Below are positions 26,027 through 40,900 of a stretch of DNA of 64,000 nucleotides, one piece after another. Every line of letters starts with the position of its first letter. Position 1 is the first letter of the stretch. The stretch is from NCBI RefSeq assembly GCF_006345805.1, contig NC_043001.1, positions 2,976,001-3,040,000 on the forward strand, in the 5' to 3' direction. The notes under the pieces are model-generated. The model saw nothing but the letters and a program-made list of their open reading frames with translations, was not told where the DNA came from and did not search any database. Made by a program: the position numbers and the translations under genes. This DNA comes from Octopus sinensis. Lineage: Eukaryota.

Positions 26027-29000
26027 GCATAGTATTCACATGCATAGTATGTACATAGGGCTCTGACCCAGGCTGCGTACATCTGCATATTCCAGTGCTC
26101 CAAATTTCTTTGTCGTTGCTATATTTTTGTGAGCCATGCACAACAGTTGAAGCATACTGGGAAAATATAGATATTAGCGACAGAGGCAGGAATAATTCCG
26201 AGAGATAATATCCATGTCCACTGAAACACGGATGTTCTGTTAGAAGAAACTATACTGAAACAGTTACCGCGAGAGAACCTCTCGTATTGGCTTTTTGGTG
26301 CAAAATGCACTCTTGTTTATATCACTAGTGAGGAGAAAAATCCCTGCTACTTCCAGCGCTGAGACCACCGAGTCACGTTATTTTAACCTTGTTCGGTCAT
26401 GTTAAAGCTGGACAATCTACCGCTAGATGTAGCAGCGATTCATCTCCCCACCAGCCATACATAGATGAACTGTGCCAGAAAAGGAGCTGATGTTGCGATT
26501 GGGCTTAAATATTACCTCGTGGTCTTAATAATGCCTCTGACGTTAATTTATAATCTTCAACAAGTAACTGTCTAATCCGACCATAGTAAAAGAATTATAT
26601 CTGACTCATGCTTACTATGGACATGCAGACATTAAACCATTGGACACGATGACCAATATGCTGCTGGCGCTGATAAAGATGTAAATAATTCGAGTGATGA
26701 CTTCTAATTTAATTTCATTCGAACAGACATTTTGATCTACAAAAACAAAGAATATATTAAATTCTTGTTTTGAATCTTTCTGTTTTGACTTTAGAATTAA
26801 TCTCAGATTAAATTACATGCGTGTCTTTCTCTCTGTGTGATTTCAATAAAGAATGCCACCCACACAGAAAATTATGCCTAAATTTATTGTAAAACCATGC
26901 CTTGTTTCAACAAGCATTCTATGTCTATATATAATTAATAACGTCTAAATAACATGTCAGAAAATATTCTATATTTATTTAACAACAGATAAATTGTAGT
27001 TATTAAGACATAACTACACTGAAAAGACTAAATCCTTGTTAGTGTACAGAATATGTACGAAGAAACTTATTATAACCCTTGCCTTTGCTAAATAAATATT
27101 ATTTCATTAATTATATAATATGATATCTTGCGTTTGACTAATTTATATTTTACTACGTAATAAGGAATTTGTAGAAAACCGATATTTTGGTTTAGGATTA
27201 AGAACATACGAAAGAATTGGGGAAAATTAAATTTAAAGTAATTTATTTGCAATTTTAATTAAAATTATCCACGCATCATATACATCATACACATATATGA
27301 TAGATTAATATAACATGCTTATACATATCCATGCCCACAGATAGACATAGAAAGCAAAGCAAAACAAGAGATTTTTTCGTAACATATTTAGTTACATCAC
27401 CTTACGTGTATTTCATTAACAATGAAAATTATTAGTTGTAACAGGGAAATCTTACAAGCCGATTGCGTTATCAAATTTTCAGAGATCACATGATTCCTAT
27501 TAGTGATCATTAGTATTCATAACTGACAGTGTCATAAAATTGATTAGTGCAACAACTCGGTTGTTTATATGTACGTATTGTAGAGGTTTGGCAAAAGGAG
27601 AATGGTAGAGGAATTATCAGCTTTAATTAAATATTGACGAAGCCCTTCAGAGCAGCAGATCAGCGTGACTAGAAACCAATGGTAAAAACAAATAAACGGA
27701 TAAAGTAAAACACGCAAAACAGTTGTAATAAAGAGTTTGGGTGAGAAACTAAAGATAGCAGTGAAGAAATTAAAGGGTGAGATAGTTTTGGTTTCAATGG
27801 TATGGCTAAATCTTTTTAAACTTAGTTATCTCTTTGTGAAAATAGACCAACCCGAAGGCGTGACTATGAGATTGTACAACCGCTGACAAAGCAATTGAAT
27901 CTAACTGAGAAGTTAAGCATAAGCTCAGTCCACTTGGCTCTTAGTTATCAGCAGGCCTTTAGGGAAAACTTTTCTCTCTGTTACTTCTTGAAAAATTAGA
28001 TCTTACCTTAGGAATAGTCTTAAAAGGTCCCCCATACTGGCATCATTTCGAAATGTACTGACACAGCACTCATACTTGCCCTAGATAAATGTTTTTCGTT
28101 CATCTCGTTCAGTGACATCCCAATGACAAAATTACAAGGGGTAAATAGGTTATGCTATTAATTTTGTACTCAAGCAGACGGCTAATAAAGCGACTTATTT
28201 TGTCCAAAGAGTCAGTGTAAAGCCAACCTCTATTATGAACCATAATGCAATTTCTTTAGGAAGCTATTTCCAAAATTATTTTGGAAAACTTCCATAATAA
28301 GAAGAGCACAATTCTATAGCAGAATACAAAAATGCTATAGACATATTCTTTGCTCAGATTACAAACTTCCACAATTTCAAGTAAAATATACAATAAGAAG
28401 ATTATACAAATAGAAACCAATTAGGCTAATGTTAAATTTTAAGATTAGTGAGAGATTGTCCAGAATTTCTTAATCGATATTTTTACATAAATTCTAGACA
28501 AACCGCTATATCTGGCTCAGTTTCTGCAAATACTATCTCTGATCAAATTGGCAATGGTAATAAATGTAAAGTATTATATAAACAAAACAGGTGGTGCTAT
28601 TAAGCTAGCCATGACCTGAATTTAGCCACACTTTTTAAGTGTCCTCAAGTTACCTGAATATAAGGTGACAATTTCAAGTGGTTGAAAATCTTGAACACTT
28701 GGTCCTTGTAAAATTGTCTTTCGGTGTTGGGTAGGCAGAAGAGGGAAATAAACGATGTATATTTGCAGAAAATGTGTTACAAGAAACTTCGAATATCTTG
28801 TTGGGCATCTGCAAAATGTCTCGCTTTCTCGTTTTATTTTCCAGTGATAATTCAGCAAAAAATTCCACAACTCAATAAAAAATGTCTTCACAGACAAACC
28901 CTGAAGCTAGTCTTGATAGTTGAGTGGTTGGCTACTATTGAATATAATTCAAGTGTCTCTTTAAAAAATTAGAAATAAAAAAGATAAAGAATAAATAAAT

Positions 29001-29759
29001 TGTAAAAAAAGTCCGTATAGAGTTTTTATATTAGAGTTAGATTTTCAAGTTTCAGTTCAAAGTATATGGAAAACGAAAAGAGAGAAATCAGAAAAAATAG
29101 TTATAGATCAAAGAAAAATCAAAATATTTTTCTTAAACATATTGAATAAAAATTTGGTATCTGAGTTCCGCTGCCCAGGGCGGCAGAGTTACACTGTCTC
29201 GTAATATGAACTCTTCGTCAATTTCACAGTCACTGAATCCTTCAAATGTGGACTTGCACACCGGTAAAGTCTTGGTTCCAATGAGCTTTTCAAACTAAGC
29301 TATTTTCAAGTGTGCGGAGTGTATGTCTTTTGCTGCCATTTACATAAGTCCAACAATTCCACAATTGATATCGCTGTTCCTAGTTTTTCTTTCAAAGATC
29401 CGTTCTAACTTGAGCTTTCTATCTTTTAAGGTAAAGCTATTGACCTTGGTGGAATATCCTTTCCTTTTTTCTATAATTGTTGATTTAGTAATATGAACAG
29501 AAACCTCTGGTGGTTCTGGCTACCGCGTGTGTAACTTCCGATTCTTCTCCTCTCCACCACAATTTTTATTGGATCCAAATATTCAAATAAACTCCAGTGA
29601 AGATGTTTGATGAAATATCAGATTTGAGAAGCATCTGCATCTTCAATTCTGATGGGAAATTTACCCACGATATTTAAAAATTGTTGATGTTATCTCGGTA
29701 ATACATTACATACTGTCCCGTATAAAACCAGATTAAAAAACACTCGACTGAGAAGCATG

Positions 29760-31400
29760 TGCATAAGGCTATTTTCTGAATCCTTCATTATTTAAGCTTA
29801 AGGCCACCGTTTCCCAATATGGATCCATTTCTTGAAGTGCTATATAGAGCTTCACATATCTTGGTATATCGTATGTCTGAGTGTCACCCACCAGTTTATT
29901 GACGATAAGCATCAACCTCTTGTCTAACACCACACCACTATCTTGTAATTTGCAATTAGCAGGTAAGTAATCTCTTTCGTTCTGGTCGTTTCTCAACAGC
30001 ATCACCACAACATGGCTCACAACACTGGGAATTCTCCCGTTCTGCTGCCAATTGTGGTAGACATCTGCCAAGAGATCTCTGAACCAGTTTGGTACATGAA
30101 GATAAAGCTTGAAAGGCAGACCATTGAATGGCCCCAGAAACTTCTTTCTTGTGCTGTCAGTCATCACGCCCTGTATATGCATTTCGCTAAACTCACCATC
30201 TGTGGCCAAAAGTTGAGGCATGTTGTCGAGGTAGGGGGTAATTCACCTCCAGCCCTACCCCACCAAACGCTCCACACAGTTCAACGAAGTACAGCTGAAA
30301 TTCCGCACACATCTACTGGAATGCGAGTAGCAAGAGCCGGTCTCGGCCAGTAAAATACCGAATTGTGGCTTTGATTTCCACGTAGCACCTCCGTCACCCG
30401 GAACCATCCAACGGCTTTCATCCAATTGCGTCTTAGTGCATGCGCCCTAGCTCTGACAACGCAACCTTCATTCTTGGCATTGAAGAACTGATCAAGAGCC
30501 AAATATCACTGTTAGCACAATGGTCGCTATGTCTCTATTAAATGCCTCTTGTAGATTCTACCTACGTCTTCTTCTATTTTAGATTCCTCTAATACTAATT
30601 CTAGATTAAATTCTAACGCTTCTGCTCTCTTAACCATTTTCAAGGCTATCCATTATTGGTTGCTGATGATTGCACCTGACTAACTTGCAAATCCGATCTC
30701 CAAAAGCTTGATGCACTGGGAAAGACGCATTCAACTTCCAGTATCCGATGATCCTACCTACGTCAACCGTACAGATCACAAATTTGTGGTCTGTGTAGCC
30801 GGCGACTTTGAATTGTGTTCAACTCATGTTACCTCTGTCTAATGGCCGACAGAATATTCTCTCTAGATACGATCTGGAAGACTAGATGCATTTTGTTATA
30901 TTTACATTGGCGCATTCGGGAAATCCAATCGATACTCGTCAATCAGTTGGAAGCAGCCGAGCATGCTTGTGAGGTTTTTACATGCCTGACTCCTATCCGC
31001 TAACCCCCACCCTATCTAAGAATGCCTCCAAGATGGGATTCCAATTACCCACTAGCATTCAAGAGCGAAACATCCCAAAGGAAGCCTCCAAACGTCTGAA
31101 GAATTCCGATTTCCCTGCCCCAGCCGGGGCGTACTAGTCTGCAATCACCACCTTCGCTATTGCTCACTTCTCGGACCATCAACTTATCACTGGTCCAGTA
31201 AGATTGTCCGTACCTCGAGAATCAGGGCTTTCTTGACCAGCACTTCCACCCCGCCTCCCTTTCCAGGATTATTAAGTTATCAAAAATGGGAGCGTGTCAG
31301 AAATACTGGTCTCACATCCAAACCTAGCGACCCTAAGGCTACTGTTCAGCAACATTATTTCAAGGATGACCCAAGCCCCATGTAAACTTATGCAATCTAC
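29760..31400 (-). pseudogene. Decayed L1/Tx1-clade ORF2 (endonuclease to RT N-terminus)
   Basis: ALDQFFNAKNEGCVVRARAHAL; GPFNGLPFKLYLHVPNWFRDLLADVYHNWQQNGRIP (SPG.DG-like region); LDKRLMLIVNKLVGDTQTY (AKRL..V...V...QT-like). Confidence 0.7.
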
Positions 31401-31664
31401 TCTGATTTTCACCATATTGGCCGCAGAAAGTTGAGAGAGAGCAAAAGAACGGGTTTACTCACCCTTCCGCTGCTGTCGGTGTGTGGGTGGCCTGACCTCT
31501 GATGTTGGTTGAGGATCCCTTTAAAAGTCTGCTCGTGGCCTTTGCTTTCGGGGTTCCCACGATATAGGGGAAAATATCCCTAATGTTGCTCATCTTATAG
31601 GCTGGGTCCCCAAAGACTCTGTTGGATTGTCCCCTTAACAACTACAACAAATATATAAAAAGAT

Positions 31665-31698
31665 GATGATGATAAAGATGATGAAGAATCAGACCAAC

Positions 31699-31758
<60 letters not shown>

Positions 31759-31815
31759 TTGATGATGATGATGATGATGTTGATGCAGCTGCTTTTAGCG
31801 ACGATGACAATGATG
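31665..31815. repeat. (GAT)n microsatellite
   Basis: Long imperfect gat run. Confidence 0.9.
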
Positions 31816-32709
31816 CTGGTATGCACAAGAAAAAAAAGTGGAAGAAGCAGAATAACAAGTTTGCTTTCAATGTTTTCAGTCGTATCTTGTTGCAAAATGT
31901 AACAATAAACAAAATATAGAAATTTATACATTTTATATTCTATATGTTGTTGTTGTTGTTGTTGTCATTCTGAATTCCATCTGTAAGTTACTTTATCTCA
32001 GAAAATGTTAAATTTCTGTTGGTTAAAAAAAATTGTTTTGGCTATTTCTTCATATTTTGCTTTATTTAGCAACTGTCACCACAATCCACACACACACACA
32101 CACACATATATATTTGCATATGCACACACACACACACACACACACACCACACACACACACATATATATATGCATATACATATGCATACATGTTTGTATTA
32201 GACAATATGTAAAAGACTTAGGACTAAAAGCACTGGTATAATTTTAGTTATGTATTTTCTCCATGGAAATTCTGAATCTTAATGCATTTTAGAAACCTTA
32301 ACTTGAAGATTCGCAACAAAATATCAAGAAAATAAATGAAGTTTTATCTTGCATGTCTTTTTAGAGTGGTTAACAAATTTATTTCTCATGCTGGTAAAAT
32401 AGCAGACATTTTTATAGAAAACACTGTGGGATTTTATGATAAATTGAATATTTTTACGAGACCCTTGTACATAACTGGTATCTAATTTATGAGATCTGGG
32501 AAAATTATAAACCTAAAGCAAACTCTAGAAGGCTTTGAACTCAGAAGAAGGAGAGGCGTTATTAATTTGATGTTAAAAGGTCTTCAACTCGACATTATTA
32601 TTTCTTAATTCTCTCAAGTGACGAGCTGTTGAGTATTGGGGTTAATGTAATCAATTTACACATCTTCACTAAAATTGCTGGCTTTGTGCCAAACTTTGAA
32701 ACCAAAGGG

Positions 32710-32905
32710 AGCGAGCTGGCAGAATCATTACTGTACGCGGACAAATGCTTAGTGGCATTGCTTCTGACTTTACATTCAAATGCCGTTGGGGTTGACTTAG
32801 CCGTTTATCCTTTCGGGGTCTAAACAAAAGTACCAAGAGGGATGTAATCAATGAGCCCCTTTCCCCAAAATTTCAGGCCTTGTGCCTACAGTAGAAAGGA
32901 TTACT
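32710..32905 (+). mobile_element. Family A SINE, short variant, degenerate
   Basis: gcgagctggcagaatc...ccccaaaatttcaggccttgtgcctacagtagaaaggat. Confidence 0.75.
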
Positions 32906-33206
32906 TCTTAAATCCCTGCAATGTCATAACATGATCGAAACTTTAATGATTGGAAACAAAGACGCATAACACATAGGTGTTAATCAAAAGCGAGTATGAT
33001 TAACAGCAGGTACCATATTATTATTAAGCGTTCCAGTTGCCTAATGTAATCACGAGCAGTCATAGACTATTTGGCATCTACTCTCAGTACACGAGGAAAC
33101 CACTTAGTGGCTTTCTCTTATCTCATGTGTGTGTGTGCATGTATAGGGAGAATTCACAAAAAAAAAAGATGAAGACGTATTTGTTTAACGCTCAGGATGT
33201 GAGAAA

Positions 33207-33244
33207 GTCTTTACGTTTCGAACCTATGCTCCTTCCACAGAAAC
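33207..33244 (-). ncRNA. Degenerate hammerhead-like motif in a Penelope-terminus-like fragment
   Basis: gttt-CTGTGGA-ag-gagc/gttc-GAAA-cGTA-aagac. A6 is lost. The downstream sequence matches ~10005-10090 and ~55340-55430. Confidence 0.4.
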
Positions 33245-33313
33245 AAATACGGAAAAAAACAATATATATATATATATATATATATAATTTAAAACTCGCT
33301 AAGAAGGTTTTGA

Positions 33314-33365
33314 AACGACCTGAAGAATGTCTAAGATGTGCTGACACGAAACGATCGTAGTGGTT
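33314..33365 (+). ncRNA. Minimal hammerhead ribozyme, near-canonical
   Basis: aacgac-CTGAAGA-a-tgtc/gaca-c-GAAA-cgatc-GTA-gtggtt. Palindromic stem III ACGATCGT and GUA triplet; one mismatch in stem I and at 10.1-11.1. Confidence 0.6.
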
Positions 33366-33553
33366 ATTCATATGTTAAATTTTAAGTTATATAAATTATT
33401 TTATGTATTGGATTAAGTCTTTCTTTGTTTGATTTGCATAATAGTGGTTTTGTCTCTAATTTGATATAATATAATATTTTACTATAAAATTGGATTCAAT
33501 CTTAAATCTGATTTTTCCTTGTAAATTTGGATTTATTCCCTAATATTTATTAT

Positions 33554-33631
<78 letters not shown>

Positions 33632-33872
33632 ATACATATATAAATATATTTATATGGTTAAATGATGTCTGTAGATAGGCTGTAAAGCTGAGCACTATAT
33701 GGATAAATAGATAGATAAATAAAAAGAGGCTTCTACCATTTTTCATGCTTCAGTCTTATGAATGCTGACTTGCTGGGCCACTGCATGTCATTATATATAT
33801 GTATGTGTGTGTGTGTGTTTCTGTGTGTGCATGTATAGATACATATACCTGTGTTGTATATATATCCGTAGC

Positions 33873-33911
<39 letters not shown>

Positions 33912-34561
33912 TATATATGATATATATATATATATGTATATGTATATTATATATATATGTATATATATATATATGTGTGTGTGTATATATATATGTATAT
34001 ATATATACACAGACAGTTACATACATATATGTATGCACACATACATACACATGCATACACACACACACATATATATGTATATATGTGTGATTGCTTGTAC
34101 TTGCATATATTTATATATACATGTATATACGTGCATATATTTAGACAAACATGTATTTCCTTATAATAAAGTTAACTTAAATCTTTTATTCATGATTTCA
34201 ATAGCAGCTAAATAGTTTGTCATACTCAATAATTTCACCATAGAATTCATTACTATGACGACTACAACGTCAATAACAAGATGAAGTGGGGGAAAAAAGA
34301 GATAAAACTTTGTAAGGAAGAGGGAGGAAAGAGAAACGGCGAGTGTTCTTGTGAAAAATTGCATTTTAGGAATCTTGGAGGAAGACATATACTTATAGCC
34401 ACAACTTGTGATTTATTTCCCCTACTGGAGCTCTCTAACGACTATATTTCACTGCCAGTAATATTTTATGTACATGGAGTGCATCCCCTGCCTCAACAAC
34501 ACACGTATACATGTTTGCATACATCATAAATATATATATACACATATATATATATTTGGAC

Positions 34562-34600
<39 letters not shown>

Positions 34601-35438
34601 TGTATATAATGAGAGGATATATTTGTATATGTGTGTGTATATATTCGTAATGTGTATGCGTATATGTATGTATATATTCAAAATGTTTCCTGTAGACAAA
34701 TTTAAAAGACGTATGCGTGTGTGTACAAATATGTATATATGTATATATGTATGTATATGTGTAAACACAGACAGACACACACATATAGATTTTGATGTAA
34801 TCTTGGGTATGCACATACTTTTGCTCATTTAAACATGTACATACGGGCATATATATATATATATATATATATATACTGGCATATATATATATATATACAC
34901 ACACAACTAGATACACAAATACAATTACTAAGAGACTCAAAAAAATTAAGAGAGAGGGAGGAGAAAAAGAAAGAGAGAGAACAAAGAATGGTAAAAATAC
35001 AGAATTCTAACTGGAGAGCAAATATGGTTATTATTTGCACCAGCAATCGCAAACAACATCTTCTGTCAAAATATCCCACAATGAAGGATGTAGCATGTAG
35101 CATCTCGATTGGTCTTCACTTAAATATTGCCAGTATCAATTTACAATTGGTGAAATTCCTGATGTTAGGAAATTTTATAAAAATCTTTTGATATTCTGAA
35201 ATACACCTACTTCGCATACTTGACTAAATTCCTTCGTTGACGAAAATGTTTGTGAAAGTTTCAAGCAGTTAAATTCACAGTAGACTCTACTCTAATACTG
35301 CAGAACAACATACAAAGCCACGTATTAGAGAAATCATCTCAATTATCTCATATCCACTTCATACAGCTCACATTTAACTAAACTCTTCCTAAAGCCAAAA
35401 ACATTTCGCATTTTTTCCTATAGTTGTATAGACATAGT

Positions 35439-35507
<69 letters not shown>

Positions 35508-36567
35508 GTGTGTATGTACAATTACATACACAGATACATACGCACATACACATGTACATACACATGCCTGAAGGTATGTGGCCATGTGGTTAAGATATTG
35601 GGATCATAACTGTAAGTTTATGAGTCCAATATCTGGACAAGGTGTTACATATTGTCTTTCAGCTCAGTCCCTAATTTTACATTGCTACGGAATACTCAGC
35701 CAAAAATGAGTGTCAGCTTTCTGCTCATTCCTCTCTGTCTCCAGTTCCACATCCTTATTCTTCCACCAGGACAAGAGTAGGAGAACTGAAGGGGGCTCCA
35801 TGTCTTCTTGTCACTACGAATGCACTTAAAACGGTTCATTAAAGCACAGTATATTTTATCAGGTCGTACTCACTTACAAGCAATTGCTGTGTTTTCTAGT
35901 TTTGGTTTTCATACCAGATTTTGTTAATATTGGAACCTCTTTCTCAATCATGCGGCCTGTGGAAATTTTTGAATGGCATTCTTATTGAAAAATTACCTTT
36001 ACCATTTTACTTGTGCAAGAGACTTCCTGATGATGATCTATCTCTTATTCTGCCTAATTCTTGAAAACTGTAGCCAATTCTTGCTCTGCCTGGTTGCTTG
36101 ACCTATTTGAAACACTATCCTAAATATTCCCAGATCAAATTCTAAGGTAATGGTACAAAGAAGGCTGCCATCCCGAGACACAACCACAACACTTAATTTT
36201 GCTTAGCATTCCTGTTAATTGATATGGGGCACTAAAATTGTCTTTGCCCCAGGTACTGAAAATCTGTGTTATGCCACTAGCCATCCCAATAGTTGTTTTA
36301 AAAGATGGATGGATATATTGGACATTGTAATTTGAGAGGAATAAGGAAATGCAACAGATGATAAAAATGGAGCAATCCTGACTTGCTGAAGGATTCAGGA
36401 ATCAGGATTGAAAAAGACAACGACAATAATTATAATAGCAAATCAGGCCATTTGACAATGAATATTTAACATGGTCATTTTTCCTGCAAGAAGTAGTGGT
36501 CACAGCTCTCAAATAGTCCTGTTTTCTAGAAAAAATAAACAGAAAACTTTAGAAATACCAGTTATAG

Positions 36568-37030
36568 ATCATCATCATCATCATCATCATCGTTTAACGT
36601 CCGTTTTCCGTGCTAGCATGGATTGGATGGTTCGACCGGGGCCTGGGAAGCCAGGAGGCTGCACCAGGCCCAGTCTGATCTGGCAGTGTTTCTACAGCTG
36701 TTGCCCTTCCTAACGCCAACAACTCCGTGAGTGTAGTGGGTGCTTTTTACGTGCCACCGGCACAGAAGCCAGTCAAGGCGGCGCTGGCATCGGCCACGTA
36801 CAGATAGTACTTTTTACGTGCCGCCGGCACAGGTACCAGGGGAGGCTAGCAACGGCCACGATCGGTTGGTGCTTTTTATGTGCCACCGGCACAGAAGCCA
36901 GTCAAGGCGGCACTGGATTCGGTCACGTACAGATGGTGCTTTTTACGTGCCAGGGGAGGCTGGCAACGGCCACGATCGGTTGGTGCTTTTTACGTGCCAT
37001 CGGCACGGAAGCCAGTTAAGGCGGCATCTC
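36568..37030 (-). mobile_element. Family C element with ~4 internal hairpin-rich tandem units
   Basis: (cat)n-cgtttaacgtccg... followed by repeated ttttacgtgccaccggcac units. Confidence 0.85.
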
Positions 37031-37729
37031 ACTAACTAAACTTTGTATTTCACCCTACCAGGGTCAACAGAATAAAGTAGTGATCTAGCACTGAGGGCGA
37101 TTTAATATGCTAACTCAATTCCCCTCAGGATTGTCAACTTTGTAACAATGATAAAAGCTATCGTTAACTCTCTCCTCATTAATGATGACTTTTGAATGCT
37201 TGTAATTTATCCAGCTGAAAAATATGATAGAATATTGTCCAAGACATAAAAATGTACATAGAATTAAACAAATGTTGCATAGATGTTATAAAGAGAGGAA
37301 AATTATCTAAAACTGGGAACATTAAATTAAACTTAGACACATTAATCAGAAAATTAAACCATAAATAACGATACAAATACGTGGGAGTCAAGGATAAATG
37401 AAGAAAAGTGTACGGTAGAAGAGCCAAACTAATATTACAGACCGAACACAATGCACGAAATAATAGAGTAAGTACAGATATACTAAGCATCCAGCTTATA
37501 CTCTAAAGCTAGACATATCTTCATGTATAAAGATATGTCTCGCTTTATGAGTATTAAGCTATACAGTTTATACTCTAAAGCTGGACAAACTGGAAGGTGA
37601 GTGAATTAAAAGGCTAAGATAAAAACCTTCCAAAGTTGTGATCCTCAAATCAATACTAACGAAATAGGTTTATTCCACTCACAAAAATAAAAAAGGGTGG
37701 TTGACACAAATAGAAAATTATTACAAAAG

Positions 37730-37958
37730 CGGCGAGCTGGCAGAAACGTTAGCACGCTGGACGAAGTGTTTAGCGATATTTCGTCTGCCGCTACATTCTG
37801 AGTTCAAATTCCGCGAGGGTCGACTTTGCCTTTCACCCTTTCGGCGTCGATTAAAAATGTACCAGTTACACTCTGGGGTCGATATAATCGACTTAATCCG
37901 TTTGTCTGTCCTTGTTTGTCCCTTCTGTGTTTAGCCCCTTGTGGGTAATAAAGAAATA
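37730..37958 (+). mobile_element. Family A SINE
   Basis: gcggcgagctggcagaaacgttagcac...gggtaataaagaaata. Confidence 0.9.
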
Positions 37959-38849
37959 TGAAAATTATTACAAAATGCCAACAACAGAAGATAATTATTA
38001 CAAGATGCCATGACTTAAAGAAAACACTTTCCATTCTAGATACAGGAAGCAATAAAATACAAATATGAAAGGAATTAAACTGAATATTTAGATAAAGAAC
38101 GAATAAGAGTTGAATGGAAAAATTGAAAGAGGATTCAAAACATTCTTTTATTTTTACTTCTTTCAGTCATTTGACTGCGGCCATACTGGAGCACATTGAA
38201 AATATTGGAGAAAATTTACTCTATGACCAATGATTTTGTAAAACATGACAGAATATGTCAGCCAAAGAGAAAGGAAATGGTGGACCAAAAATTCTGGGCT
38301 AAAAGTAGAAACGGATTTGAAAAGAAAACAAAAACCAGCAACCAGATATAAATAACTTCAAGACTAAAATAGTGAAACGAGATACTAACAACAATTACCG
38401 TCTTTGCATTGTATTATCTGACAGTTGATCCCAATGTCTATGAGAGTCCAGTTCTTGCCAAGTCTGAATATATTCACACGCATGATGATATCGCTGGCTA
38501 AATCCACTGGGCAGTTTTCCATAAGTTAACAAGGAAGAAGTGGTATAAAAATGTATGAAAGGAAATGCATGACAACGGTCTGGTTCTAATCATTGGCATC
38601 ACAGAAGAAGGCGAAGAAATAAACCCAAAGATCCCTATCAGCACCAATGCCTCTGCAATGATACTGGAATTTCTCTTGTCCATTTAATGCAGTACCACCC
38701 CGAGTGCAACCAAATTGCACATGAGCCCTTCGTCTTAAATAACCTCCACTTTCACATCCTTTGCTCTGGTTAAAACAGCATAATTCTTATCCCCACAGGT
38801 TAAATCCTCCGTTGGTTTGTCTTTGGCTTTCAAAGATATATATTCTCTT

Positions 38850-39062
38850 TTACTCTTTTACTCTTTTTTAGTCATTTGACTGTCACCATGCTGGAGTACC
38901 GCCTTTTTAATTGAGCAAATCGACACCAGGACTTATTCTTTGTAAGCCTAGTACTTATTCTATCGGTTTCTTTTTGCCGAACTACTAAGTTACGGGGATG
39001 TAAACACACCAGCATCGGTTGTCAAGTGATGTTGGGGGGGGGAGAAACACAGGCACACAACC

Positions 39063-39099
<37 letters not shown>

Positions 39100-39270
39100 C
39101 ATATATACAACGGGCTTCTTTCAGTTTCCGTCTACCAAATCCACTCACAAGGATTTGGTGGGTCCGAGGCTATAGTAGAAGACACTTACCCAAGGTGCCA
39201 CGCAGTGGAACCGAACCCGGAACCATGTGGTTCATAAGCAAGCTACTTACCACACAGCCACTCCCACGCC
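38850..39270 (-). mobile_element. Family B SINE
   Basis: Reverse complement of the 24303-24680 type. Confidence 0.9.
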
Positions 39271-39519
39271 TTTTCACATATATGAAAGCTTTCTCAATTT
39301 TGTTACATACAAAACATAAAACCTTGCATTCCACTTACTAGCTGTAATTGCAGAAAGGCACTTACTGTAAGTCTCCAGTGTTTTTTTTTGCCTCGTTTGG
39401 TTCATATCCAACACCTTCATTCAAGCTTCAAAGCAAAACCGAAAGGAAAAGAAATTACCATCGTTGTTGTTATTGTCGTTGCTGTTCTCGGGTTTCCCAT
39501 TGGTATTTACATTGCTTCT

Positions 39520-39682
39520 GTAATTCGGAGTGGTTGGCGTTAGGAAGAGCATCCAGCTGTAGAAACACTGCCAGATCAGATTGGGGCCTGGTGCAGCTTC
39601 ATGGCTTCCCAGACCCCAGTCGAACCGTCCAACCTATGCCAGCATGGAAAACGGACATTAAACGATGATGATGATGATGATG
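39520..39682 (+). mobile_element. Family C element 3' end with (GAT)n tail
   Basis: ggagtggttggcgttaggaagagcatccagc...ggacattaaacgatgatgat. Confidence 0.8.
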
Positions 39683-40032
39683 TTTGCATAACTTCTACAT
39701 TTTCATGCTTTGAAATTGTGACTGTAAAGTTTCAAACTGTGGCTGTTAAGTTGCTATGTTTTCTGGGTTGCAACAATTTGTCGGGTGGATTCCATTTTAG
39801 GACTGCTACACCCCATCAGCTGCAGTGAATGTATCCTCTCACTAACACAGAAGTAAATATTTTATAAAACTAACTTTTGGAAACAGATAATTGCCTGAAA
39901 TATATATTTTTAGACAGAATCTATAACAATGACGTTCGTTAGCTTAAAATATAACTATACCATCATTAATAATGATGATGAGGATGCTGATGAAGATGAT
40001 GATGGCGATGATGATAATGAAAATGATGATGA

Positions 40033-40063
<31 letters not shown>

Positions 40064-40168
40064 TGCCAAGTGGTAAAATGATGAAGTCGATTGAATGTGT
40101 ATGTGGATATAAATACCGGGGAATACTTGAGGCAGATGGAATTAAACACAATGATATGAAAGGAAAGA

Positions 40169-40232
<64 letters not shown>

Positions 40233-40249
40233 CTGCGGTGAGTGAGAAA

Positions 40250-40515
40250 AAATATTGGATACAAAACTGTCTGCCAGAAACATAATTTTGGCAATAAACT
40301 CACGTGCAGTCACAGTAGTTCGGTATGGCACTGAGATTCTGAAATGGACAGAGGATGAGCAAGAGGAGTTGAACAGGGATTCAGGAAAGTTCTTAGTGAT
40401 GCATGGAGCCCATCATCTACGTGCAAACACTGATTGCCTATACATGAAGAGAGCAACTGGAGGAAGGGGACAGATAAATATGGAAGACTGTGGACATATC
40501 GAACCCAGGAGCTAA
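40250..40515 (+). pseudogene. R4/Dong-like RT fragment
   Basis: TKLSARNIILAINSRAVTVVRYG...HHLRANTDCLYMKRATGGRG matches the RLE-LINE RT thumb pattern. Confidence 0.75.
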
Positions 40516-40559
40516 CTGTGATGCTAATCCACTGTAGAGTTGTTGGGAGTGGTATCAGA

Positions 40560-40900
40560 AGGTAAGGGTAAAGACCCCCTTCGGTCATGAGTGACCATGG
40601 GTTTTGCACCTAGAAAGTTACCCTCCCAGGCACAAGTCTGGGCAAGGTTGTTTATGAAAGGCCAGCAGTCGCCCATGCATACCGGCCTCCCCTCTCCACG
40701 CCACCAGTGTTGTCCAAGGGAAAGACAAAGGTCGATACAGGTTAGCACCAGTGACGTCGCAACTCATTTCTACAGCTGAGTGAACTGGAGCAACGTGAAA
40801 TAAAGTGTCTTGCTCAAGAACACAACATGCAGCCCGGTCCGGGATTCGAGCTCACAACCTCACGATCGTAAGCTCGATGCTCTAACCACTGAGCCATGCC
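40560..40900 (-). mobile_element. tRNA-derived SINE (distinct family, tRNA-Arg-like head)
   Basis: Reverse complement: ggcatggctcagtggttagagc...ttacgat...gagctcgaatcccgg...ttcttgagcaagacacttt. A degenerate copy lies at ~54850-55070. Confidence 0.75.

Noticed and set aside
26600-29700. Possible L1-like ORF2 remnants
   Set aside because: The composition is suggestive, but I could not read enough ordered motifs to support a call.
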